DNA of 64,000 nucleotides from Lingula anatina (taxonomy: Eukaryota > Animalia > Brachiopoda): the NCBI GenBank assembly GCA_051362555.1, contig CM120642.1:8370001-8434000 (forward strand), read 5' to 3'. Below are positions 14,901 through 26,604 of this stretch, piece by piece. A program made the translations under genes and the position numbers. Numbering within the stretch: the stretch's first letter is position 1; every line of letters begins with the position of its first letter. The notes under the pieces were generated by a model that was given only the letters and a program-made list of their open reading frames with translations, had not been told where the DNA came from and searched no databases.

Positions 14901-17232
14901 CAATGCCTTGCCGCTTGAGAGCGCTGGCAACAGCCAGAAGAGGCCAGGCGTAACAGCGACCATTACTGTGACTATAGCAACTGACATGAGGGTCTTTTGT
15001 GGAGCGTATAACTCTTTTACAGACGATAATTTGGAAAATATGGAGATCCAAAATATCTCTTTTAATGGAAGTCGTATGGCATAGTATAGGCAATGTGTTT
15101 TTGTTTGCCTCTCTGGCAAATTCCATTAATGAATTGATATCACAATGACATCAAAGAGATAATTTAAAGTTATTAAAACAAGATTTTAATCCTTATTTTC
15201 ATTTATCAGTCAGCAAAATAGGAAAAAAACTGATAAAAAATTACTTGGAAAAAATATTCCATATTAAATGTCAAGTCTGTAGATTAGGAAATGGCATTAT
15301 TGCAATGTATTTTTTGTTAAGTCATGATTTGAAACTAGTTAATTTTTATACAATGATTACCTTCAATTTTTGGCATCAATACGTAACGAGCCGTATATAC
15401 ACGAGAAATGAACCATTTTGAGAGCTTTTCGTTTCTGAGTATTTTCATCTTCCAAGGTTCCTATCATGTTCAAAGTTGAAGATAAATGGGTTTCTAAGAT
15501 ATTATCGATTTTGATTTCAAACCCGGGCTCTTGTCAAAGGGTACAGGAGCAAAGATTATTGCAGAATTGCATTAGACTAAACTCTGATGTAATTCAAACA
15601 AATCTTTTTGTCTTCGGGGTTTCTTATAATTACATTACGAGTGCATGATGCCATTCATTCTGGTGAAATCAGAGTCAGAAAGAGGGGTAATTGTACCAAA
15701 GTAGGGAAGTTATATTTCCTTTGAACAATCGTTGTTCTTTACAGTTTTATATTTCAGCGGAATCAATGTAAAATTGCTGAAATTACTGTAAACCTGTTGT
15801 TTACTTTCGTTTTCCAGTTGGTTATCAATAAACATAAGGCAGTTGCCAGGCTATGTCTGTTGCATACAATGGTCACGCACATATGTGTCCTTATTGCCTT
15901 CTTTGTTCTGGAAACTGAAGAAAAAATACGGAAACAATACACTTCGGCGGCTGATGTTGATAGCATCAGCACTCCAAAACCAGGTTAGTTTCCTTGCACA
16001 TTTTCCTTGGTCTACATGTATATCGATTTGCAGGACATTTTTCGTAAGCATTATTAATATAGCTAGCCTGCAGAAACATGTGGCAGGGACCACAATTTCA
16101 TCTATTTAAGTTATCGAAGCCTTGACAAATGCTGAAAAGGTATCATTATCTAACGGTTAATCCTTGCCTTTTTCATTCCTCATTTCACTCTTTAAATAGA
16201 ATCAGTATCTTTCTTCTTTTAATTTCAGAAAACCTATCTGACCCAACCACAGTCACCTGGGCCCGCAGCAGTGATTGCCTTCAATTAAAGACAATAACGG
16301 ACAAAGCACGACCAATTCTCTATCCATTTATCATCCAGTTCAGCATCATTGGGGCCCAGGTCATGTATAATCTCTATCGCAACGTCGGCATATACCCAGA
16401 ACCACGGGAGGACAAAATGCCAGCAGAGCTAACGGAGATCGGTGCTTACAAACTCTGTCACCATGCACTGAACGGGTTGTACGTAGGCTTTATATTGATT
16501 ATCATTGCCGTGACTGGATTGAGTGTATTCTCAGTCGCTATAAACGATGATAAGACAGAAAACGACCAAATCGCAGCGGCATTATTCTTTACCATACAAC
16601 TGGTATTGTATCTGAGTTCTTCGATCGCTATTGGGATCGGGTTCTTTCAAACTAGAGACTTTGTTATTGGGAAAGAGAGAGTGGACTACTTCCTTATCGC
16701 TGGAACTGCTAGTATGTACACTTTTAACATATTTGCCGTCATTTCGTGCATTCACTGGGTTTCACACCACGACTCGGATCTGATAACGTGCTTTTCTCTT
16801 GTGTCATCTTTCGCGGAAATGATAGAGACATCAATTCAGACTTTCTTCATACAAATGTTATTGACGAAGAGGGCGTGGAAACTGAATCACGTGATCAGAA
16901 AGCCCGGAAGAGAGGTCATCACGTTTCTTCTCATCACAAATCTCGGCATGTGGTTGACGGATTCTTTTGCATTTGAAAAACGAACCATGATTCCCGCCTA
17001 CGTTGGTATATTTGGCTTCCCGGCGTGGACGACGATAACGAACGCATTTGTTCCTTGGATGAATTTCTACCGTTTTTACTCCTTTACGGTATTAGCAGTG
17101 GTGTGGAAAAATATATTTCTCCCGCATAAAGACCACATTCCGAAGTTCAATCGTAATGAAGATTCTCCGCCTGCTGAAGAGAACGAAGTAGTGGAAAGTG
17201 AGGCAGACACAGACCATTTGACTCCTCATTGA
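1261..17232 (+). CDS. OTOP: Otopetrin-family (proton channel-like) protein, paralog A, ~598 aa, 6 coding exons
   Basis: Exons 1261-1298 (putative; phase 2), 11375-11501, 12178-12481, 13383-13540, 15818-15983 and 16229-17232, all GT-AG with compatible phases (1797 nt). Otopetrin motifs: YMRFGAALFATG, FTFTQ, ARLCLLH...ETEE, LYPFIIQFS, GLYVG, IQTFFI, KPGREVITFLLITNLGMW, FYRF. Exon 1 is inferred from its phase and from analogy with paralog B, so it is less certain. Confidence 0.9.
3309..3527. mobile_element. MITE, PIF/Harbinger-like
   Basis: 35-bp TIRs CCCCCTTTACACTGGACGGCGT(T/C)CTTTCTGCGTCC, with TAA/TTA close to both ends; no coding capacity. Confidence 0.8.
6134..6300. mobile_element. MITE with 15-bp perfect TIRs and 5-bp TSD
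   Basis: CAGGCCCGTAGCCAG...CTGGCTACGGGCCTG flanked on both sides by GTATT; subterminal GGGGTTCG/CGAACCCC repeats. Confidence 0.88.
7088..7235. mobile_element. Palindromic (foldback) MITE-like element
   Basis: Arm cggatcaaatatggcctacccacttgaaagctt is near-perfectly complementary to aagctttcaagtgggtctgccatatttgatccg; termini gactaac/gttagtc. Confidence 0.75.
8945..8992. repeat. (TC)n microsatellite
   Basis: ~24 TC units. Confidence 0.97.
13618..15279 (+). mobile_element. Decayed Tc1/mariner DNA transposon in intron 4 of otopetrin A
   Basis: 28-bp TIRs CAGACTTGACATTTAATATGGAATATTT with TA on both flanks. Transposase relic LPWSSKSPHLNHIDN (Tc1 WPxxSPDLNPIE motif); no intact ORF. Confidence 0.9.
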
Positions 17233-20159
17233 CGCTATTATTCTTAAGCTACTGTACTTTATCTCAAGCCAGACCCAAATACGTCAGTGACGGCCCATTT
17301 TAAGCTTGGAAATGCAAGTGTTTCCTGGCTTCATATGAGAGTATTACGAAACATTTGCATAGGGATAGAAAAAATGGAGAAGAGGGAGCAGGGATAAAAA
17401 ATAAAATTTCTTCTCTTCACCTGGCATATATAAAACTTTAGAAGAGAACTTTGTTACTTTAATATGCTGTGCACAAGGATGGCAAAATCACTTTGTTTTT
17501 TTTTTCGCTCGCTATACTGGGAGCAGAGGAAAAAAGGGTACCTGAGATGTTAAATGAGGCTCAAATGATCCTGTGTCACTACCCTGGATCCGCCATTGAC
17601 ATTGGATTCAACCTTCGTGTCCCACAGCCCCGGAGTAAAGGAGCTTTGCACTGACAAGAACCATATGAAGACTGCGTTGTAATATTTGAGTTTTCTCTGT
17701 ATATGCTGTGCCATAGCATCCGGTCCTCGCGCCTTGTGACACTTTTTCACTGTGCTTTTTTATGTGGACGTAAAAAGGTTAAACTATCGGAATTCATTTC
17801 ATTTTTTTACAGAAAGAAGACTCGTGCTACTTCGACCACATAAACACAGGGGCAAGGCGATTCCAAGCGTCTGCTTCAAGCTCATACCCCTGTATGTGCT
17901 AGTCAGTTGTATATGTTAGACTTTGTAATATACATACAAGAGAACAGAGCTACTCCATAACAAAAGAAGAAATTTTGAGTAGAATTATCATATTTTAGAT
18001 TGATACTTACATACCAAGACACCCTTTTGATTTTGAGTAGTCATTTCAAATAATGATCATTATGTAGGCCTATAACACGGTAAATGTATAATGCGCATTC
18101 TTAAAATCATTAAGAAAATATGTTTATTTCTTTTAGCTGTCCAAAGAAAACGCGTGTACATCTTATACATTTATGTTATTTATTAAGTACATGTATTTAT
18201 GTTTCTCTCAGCATATTAACAAACACAAATAATGAAAACACGCACACAATAAACCACGTACGTTCATTTATTTATAAATATTATACTTGATACATACTCA
18301 AATTGTTTAGCATGTAAGTAAAAGTCAATACTCTTCATGTTCTTCATAAGTGCATATTCATTTGCTTCTTTGCTGGTAAGCACGAGAACTGTTCTACAAC
18401 ATAACGCTGATATTTCTATACAATGAGCCGTCCTAAGTCGAAGACAATGTTTACTTTGCTATATATAGAGCCGCTACACATCCAAACCATGCCTTCCAAA
18501 ATTATGACTAAACTAACATTTATTGCTTTATAATTGTGGATGCAGTAATGAATTGATATATTGTGGTAAACCCTAAAATCATGTCCAACTGTGTATTATT
18601 TACTATACGCGTACTTAAACAAACAAAACACCCATTGCTCAAATTATCTCTATGTGCTATGAATACTTAGAAAATATCTATAGGTACTTGATTACTGTAA
18701 TATCAAGCATGTAGTTTTTAATAAATAATTACGTTCCCCAATTAGTGTATTTTCTGGTACTATTTTAAAGTTAAAAGCATGTGCCATCCCGGACATTATC
18801 GGGATAATTTTCCACCTGAGAAGAAAGAAACGAGTGGAATCCTCTGTGTACTGGTATTTACCTGCTTATCTACAGGTACAAGCTATCAAGTTGCAGTTTG
18901 AGGCGGTTGAGCTCTCAAAGTCGAAGATAGTACTTGTAGTGAAAACTTCTCTTTGGTGAGCACATTTATATTACACAAAGTCAATAGGAAGTCCTATTGT
19001 GGTATTGAGAAACTGTTTTTGTCAGGCAATCGCTGTAAACACAGAGATCATTGTCTCAAAACAATTCTCTGAAACCCAGAATAAAGACAGAGGAAATGTC
19101 TACAACATAGATTTGAATATTATCAGGGAATATATAAGTCGAGGTCTGAATTCATCTGGGCTGTGTTAACAGGTGTTCTTCTCGCAGTTCTTAATGCCAG
19201 TCTACACCTGTGCTCAGCATTAATCCACGCCAGGATGAACGCGCAAGAATGTGAGCGTTTGTGAGTAGGATCAATAAATAAAAAGATCGACCTCAGAAAA
19301 TTTGGCCAACAACAAACAGTATCTAATATATATCAATTTATATACAAAACTTTCGTCAAATGTTTCAAGATTACTTATATACAGTATATGTAAACACTAC
19401 ACATAAATCCTACAGTCGTACTTCCTCATTAATACATATACATCCAATCAGAGAGCACACAGAATAATTATTGCTTTAATATAAGATACATATACCTCTG
19501 TAAAGCCTGATTTTCTTGTTCACCATTGCAATTTATCTGTGCTGTAGTGTGTAGCTTTTCACTGGGATGTCACAATTAAGGGACGTGCACCAACTCTACA
19601 GAGCAATTAGGTATGGTGCGCTTCACCCAACCTTTGTAATGCTGTATCATTCATACAAACAGACATTCAATGTGTGAAGTTTTATATATATATATATATA
19701 TATATATTTCAAAAGAGGGTCCGTTATACGTGTTAAACAGAAAACTCGATTTCCATTCAAACGCGTAAGCTACAGAATCAGATTGAAGCAGCAACATGTA
19801 CCGGTATACAGAAGGCTATCGCTCATTATATTTACCACTGAGGGCATAAACCTTTCCCTTTAAATGCCCACAATTAAAATTGAGATTCAGATTCCGCATT
19901 ATAGACGGATATAGGGCCTACATTGTACTAGCCCTTACACTAGGCAGACAAATAACATAAATTAAAAACCTTTCAGCAGCTAGCCACCGAATTAAATATT
20001 TGCGTTTCTTTTGTAATAAAGCAAATTAAATAAAGCCGATTAAATCCCCACTTAAATGTCTTTAAAAAGTCAAAAATTATAATAAAAGTACAAGATATGT
20101 AAAATTAATTTTTGGATGAAGGTTTGACTAGAGCTCCTTATCATTCAACAGATTAGAAT

Positions 20160-22092
20160 TCAGCCCTCTGAACTGAGCCTTACGCCTTTCTCCTTGTAAG
20201 CACTGCCCCAGATAACAGAAAGTGTCGATGCCGATTGAAAACGGTAAAATATTATCAACGGCACAGAAATGTGAGTCATTATTTTCCAAGGCAGTTGTCC
20301 ATAAAGGCTCAACATCTGTGCATTGTGCTCAGCCCTTCTCACCGCTAACACATTCACAACCCACAAGGAGACGTTACAGAGAATCAGGAAAATGACGAGG
20401 GCTCTTCCTGGCTTGTGGATCACGTGGTCCACCTTTCGAGGCTGCCGTCTGCTACCGTCGATGATAAAAAGCGTTTGTAATGTTGCCTGAATAAGACACA
20501 AAAGAGAGACTGCCAGTGACATCGTTCCCTTCAAATCTAACTTCATTATGTTTAGCTCGTGGAAAAGTGCAACGCTTGTGAGAAGCTGCAAGATGTAGAC
20601 TCCAACAGTCCCCAAAATCAATAAACTGTCATCAGACGTGCCCAACTTCGTTCCAACAAATTCCAGATTTCTCATCTTCAAGAAGCCAAAAATTGTCGCC
20701 AAACATGCAGCAGAGAGAAGCAGCAGTTCCAGGGATATGAATACCAATAAAGCTTTTTCGGGGGACTTGTCAAATAAGACAAAATAAATACTCAAACCAA
20801 CAAGGGTGACAATGGCGACAAAAATGCCCAAGAACAAACCCGTGTGGGATTTGTGGCACTCAGCAAAACGGAACTCTTCCGCCGGGAGTGTGTCTTCTTC
20901 AGCAGACGATGGTGACACAGGCGGTTGGTGTTTCCCAATATGCGCGTGCATGCTGTAAATAATGGCCGCGGCGATAATGCTGTATTGGAGTACACATGGG
21001 TACAAGTACGGCTTTGCCTGGTCTGTTATGGTGGTTGCCGTATAACAGTCCATGGAGGTGATGTGCTGTAGTGACCCGTCAAGTTGCAGAATGAGTGAAA
21101 CACCTTGTGGAAAATAAATATTACAGCGTATCGACTCTCAACTTCTTTATCTTTGTGTAAAACAATATGAATAGGACTATGCCATTTTAAGTAATAACAC
21201 AACACTGGGTAATCTCCCACTGAATCAATTATCAATAAATGAGTAAATGTGTGCGAGAGTGAGGGGTCAAATGAACGAATAAATCAAAAAGGAAGTAGAA
21301 AAGAAATTAACCCCTTACCGGTTTCGTTCACCCCGGCGACGAACTCTCTGTACTGCTCTTCTGTCTCCAGTATAAGATAGGCCATGTACACACTCACGTT
21401 GGTGGCAAGCAGGTGAACGAAACCAAACCTAGCAACTGTATTGTGTTGGTTGATGACGATCTGAAAGGAGATTGCGATTTTTTCCTCTCTAACACAATTC
21501 GCCTCAAACAGTAACAGTTTACGGTATTTAGTTCAAAATAAGTTTTAAAAAATTATAAGAAAAACCATTAATTTAGCAATAGTGTTGATATCATAAGCTA
21601 CATCATATAGATTCCGAATAAAAAAGCTGATAAAAGTGGCGCTGTCTTGTAACATTATCTCGCACCAAAAGACACGGCATATTCTTTGATACGAAAAAAA
21701 AAACAACATTTGCTTATACATTCAACTTACTTTATGATACTTGAAGATGAAAAATGTCTGCACGAACGTAAACATCAGATGGAATGCCGTCACAATAACG
21801 CTGACGACAGACATGCATCTGCTTGGTTGGTCTTGAGCAAACTCTGATATCTTGAACCCATCATATATCATGCTGGCCGTGGCAAATACTGTAAACAAGA
21901 GTATAAAAATTTCACAAAGCTAACAAGAGAATTGCCTGTCGAGTTGGGTTATTTATTACACGTGCACTGCTAGGGTTTCGAGGTAAATCGTAATGTTATA
22001 AAAGTACACAAAGCTGAAGATGTAGGGTTTATATTTACAGTTTCCAGTTTGGGAACACCTACCGAAATAGTACCTCAATAAGTTTATCACAA

Positions 22093-22148
<56 letters not shown>

Positions 22149-24886
22149 TGTAAATAAAAAAAATTATACATGTTTTGCGTTCCCACTTTTCAAAACAGAT
22201 AAATAGACAACTTTCGAATATCAAAATGTCCGGCGAATGATAATTTGGCCTAAAAACCAACTGGTCATCACTCATCAGGTTTAATTTTTGTTAAGCAAAT
22301 TATCAAATGCGGAGTCAATTACTCACTGATTGCACCAGCCTTCATGTACAAGCTAATCCCATTGCCCTTCAGGTGGGCCACCATCTGTCGGGTTTCCGCC
22401 TCAGAATCCGGATCGATAGCATCCGTTTTGGGAGGTGTGTCCGGGCGTATCCCAGAATGATTATCGCAGTCACTAGTGTTGTGACTGTCGACTTCATGGT
22501 TTTCAGTGCTCACAGCTGTAAGGTTGACGCTGTCAGACGCTGAACGACGGCAGTTCGTCTTACAACACCCACGCAGTAGATAAATGTGGAGAGACACCAA
22601 GAAGACGGTTGACACTGCATAGAGATACATATGGAACACCTGGCAGAAAAAAGTGTCAGTTGTGCTATGGTCATGCTTTAAGGCCAAATAATTAAAATTA
22701 GTTAGCAATATGACTAAAAAAGTTGTTATAATATGCAAATGACTGTAGGCATTTCTGTCAATACTGCACACTGAACTCTGATACTTTCGTATATTTACTC
22801 TATTTTATAACTTACATATGAGTGAATCTAACCATCCCTCGTTATCATATTACCTCGGTGAAAATATAATCCGTGATGCTGTCTCTGCTAAAAGCGGTGG
22901 CCAGAGGGAAGACGAGACCCACGCAACCCAGGAAGACCGCATACAGTCCACTTAACTGTCGGACACTGTAAGGAGTAATTAGGTTTTTGAGAAAAACAAA
23001 AGGAAAAAATATTTATGTAGATATTAGCTTACGAATTTTTTTGTGTAGTTAATGATAAATTCAATTTCACCAAAAGGAACTTAAATGAATATGCAGCGTT
23101 TCGGTTTCCCCAGACTTTATCTTAAGGTGGCAGAAAACGGGTGGTCTTTTAAAATTATGAACTTACTTTTGCATAATGTATTTTTATCCAACTTGACAAG
23201 AAAAAAAAAACGGGCACTACGACTTGTAAAAGATAATAATAATTGATAAAAATGTTTGTAATAACGCCATGGATAACCATGGTTTTGTTAAAAAAACTTT
23301 GAAGATTTATTGACATAAGGAGGACCAAAGCGCCGAATAAGAATTTTTGATGCCCCCCCCCCCCCACCCCCAACCAGCGTTTCAGATGATGATTTTTAAT
23401 AATGAAACACAAATCCTACATGTAGGTTTATACATGTACGTGCAAGATGCATTATAACATGGACTACATAGATTCCTTTACTTCCAATTTAAGTTCATGT
23501 TTTGAAAGAAAATTTTAGCCGAATTTTTTCATTCTTATAATATTTGATATTTATTTTGCTAATAACGACTGTAGATATTTATCTCCTATGATGTTGATCT
23601 TACGTCTGTGACATTTAGGACTTTCTGCCATAAAAAAGTGAGCTTTTTCTTTTGCGTTGAAATATTCATATTTCAAGACAAAGAATCCGTTATTTTCTAA
23701 TCTATCAGCATTCTGAATAATCGTTTAGTAGCATCATGCAGTTACTTTTGACTTCTCTTTCAACATAATTAATGACCAAAGTCTCTGACAGTAAAAAAAG
23801 CCTCCATTACAAAGTTAAACGCATCCTTGATCCATTGTGACAGACTACGATTATAATCTCGATTATAGAAGTCACGTCATCCAGAGAACACACGTCAAAC
23901 TTAATTTTGAACCGTTCAATCACATTAGATTATCCTGATGATAATTCACTTTTAATAAATACTCTGTGGACTCATTCATTTCCAAGTCTTTGTTCAATAC
24001 CCAGAGAGAGTTATGTCTTATGGTCGCTATATTCAAATTTATCAGGGGTTTAATGATAGAACACTGGTTTAGGGGGGGGGGGGGGGGTTACAAAAGCATT
24101 CTGTTTTAAAGGAGTCAACGGTATTACGGGCCTATATTTGACAAGAAAATATAAAGCGAACAATGGAACTACCATACCACCGCAACAACGAAGACAGATT
24201 TGTTAAGTTTCCTTTCATCAACTTCAATAAGATTAATTCCACTGGATCAAAAACCAATTTTTCAACAGTTTTTTTTTTCATAAGACCCACCCAACCTGGG
24301 TCCCTTTTATCATCACAGTCATTTTTTTCAGTTTCTTACAACATATTATCCGTGAAAAGACCAATTAGTCACGTTATCTTCATTTTCAACCAAAGCAAGG
24401 GATCAAGGGGACAAATGTACAGATTAAGCGGGCGTTAGCTCAGTACATGTGTAACGACTACATGTAACAAGCTAGTAAAAAATGCACAGTAAAAATGAAT
24501 ATCAAAACTTATAAACAACTTCCTTGGATACAATGGGAAAAGATCCATGATTTTTTTTTTTTTTTTTTTTTTTTGGGGGGGGGGGGGAGGGGGAAAGAAA
24601 TTATAGTGTATAATTAGGCACATTAACATCATGTAAAAACAATAGCCGCAAGCGGACTGAGAGGCGCAAGTTAAGTTAAAACTTTCTCCCCAAGATAACA
24701 AACACAACATTTTGGTGTTTGAAAAAATTTACTATCCTGGTAATTACTCCATTTTACTGGTAGTTTGTATTTGTGGTGGCTGTGATATGATTTAACAGCA
24801 AATTAAACAGAAAAAGGTAACACCTAAAATAAGTACAAATTTCCAAACGTGTAAAGCGTGGAAAAAAATCCAAAGTGGTGGGCACG

Positions 24887-24919
<33 letters not shown>

Positions 24920-25627
24920 TTTTATTTCCACACACACACACACACTATTTTATTTCATGATCACTCATTCAAAAAAATCTTCACGACATCAGTCACATGT
25001 TATGAATTAAAACTGTGTAGGCCGAAAGAAGACAACCTTTTTTTGAAAATCTGCGTAGCACTAGTACGTATGCTTTCTAACATACCAAGAATATGACTGA
25101 TGGCTTTGTAAACTGCATTCTGAATATACGAAATAAGGTTAAAATCGCAAAGAAATCGTTTTGGTAATTGCTACAAAAAACTGACTATTTCATACGCTTC
25201 GAATATACCAAAAATTGTACAGTATAAAAATATATAAAGCGCTTGCTACTGTTGGATGATTTAACGATCTCAAAAGAAAATAAAAGAACTAAAATCCGTT
25301 TTAATTCTTCATCGAAGATACCAACACAGCATAAGCAACTTCTCACGATAAGCCGATTGCCCGCCCACCCCCTGTATTCATGGCTTACGTATCTGTACCA
25401 ATGTGTAAGTAGTATCAGGTTGCTTATTAAAAGTGACGGCGTGGGGAGCAGAAAAACACTTCTTACGGGTAAATCGACAGAGGTGTGGGACAAATGGCCA
25501 ACTATGTATAAAGTTTACTGGTAGGGCTACATAAAGGAAGATTATAGTATAACAACAAATGAATCTTATTGAACTGTGTATGGGTAAAAGAAGTATAATA
25601 TTGACTAAATTTGGGTAAATTCACCAC

Positions 25628-25678
<51 letters not shown>

Positions 25679-26003
25679 CATATACAATATACATAATATC
25701 GAAGAATGTATATCAGATGGGTAAACAGAGAGTAAAATACCACCGTCATTATCAACTCAAATTAAATAGCAAATCAGTAGAAAAAAAGTGATCAAATGCA
25801 CAATTTCGTCTTATCCATTCTATCATTTAAAAAGTAAAGTTCGGCTAAAACTCTATATTTCTATACCTGCTTTGCAACAAATAGGAATACATAGAAATCA
25901 CTAGGTCTGATTTTTTTTAGTAAAGTGTTTCAAAAAAGACAAGTTTCTGGCATTATCATAATTATACTTACCGAAAAGTATTCGTACTAGTACCTCTGCC
26001 CAT
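20160..26003 (-). CDS. OTOP: Otopetrin-family protein, paralog B, ~566 aa, 6 coding exons
   Basis: Exons (minus strand) 26003-25972, 22965-22854, 22639-22327, 21888-21731, 21460-21319 and 21103-20160; GT-AG, in frame (1701 nt). Motifs: LYMKAGAIIFATASMIY, FTFVQTFFIFKY, ARFGFVHLLATN, LYPCVLQYSII, CHKSHTGLFLG, LQTLFI, KPGRALVIFLILCN, PLIIFYRF. An acceptor at 26032-26033 implies a further upstream non-coding exon. Confidence 0.93.
22094..22147. repeat. (CA)n microsatellite in an otopetrin B intron
   Basis: ~27 CA units. Confidence 0.97.
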
Positions 26004-26161
26004 GGTGTTGAAATTTTGATTTGTATTAAACCTGCAGAAATTGTAGATCTTATGATTTACTTCAGTTTTCTAAGGCTCACTCGCTACTTCCCTGCACCCA
26101 GAGAAAATAACGCACTGGTGGAGGTTTGCATGCTGTTAGCAGATGGCCAAAGGTGAAAACT

Positions 26162-26213
26162 GGGTCAAAAGGTCAAAAGTCACTTCGAAAGGTCGATTTA
26201 CGCCATCTGTTGG
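26162..26213. promoter_or_regulatory. Nuclear-receptor direct-repeat cluster plus CTCF-like motif
   Basis: GGGTCA-aa-AGGTCA-a-AAGTCA (26162-26182) and CGCCATCTGTTGG (26201-26213; reverse complement CCAACAGATGGCG). Motif match only. Confidence 0.35.
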
Positions 26214-26561
26214 TGAAAAGATGACAACAAAGCGAAGGAGAGAGAAAGAGAGAGAGAGACGCATACAGTAATACAGGTATATACGGCTGTCAAAGAATTA
26301 TGAATCATTCAAATCTATGGCACAAAAAATAGGACTACAGAGCACATAATCAGAGGCCGATTCGTGTTCATATCAACAGCGGTCGTCACATATGTGGAAA
26401 TGAAGAAGCTGGCACTCAGTGTATCTAAAAGCTCAGGGCACTTTTCACCCTCAGTAACACACTGAGAACATCGGTTGTGATCACTGCAATGAGACACGCA
26501 GCTTGCTTGAGTGTCTCCACTACCGCAATGCCACAGGCAGGCACCGTTGCCCCCCCCCCCC

Positions 26562-26604
<43 letters not shown>

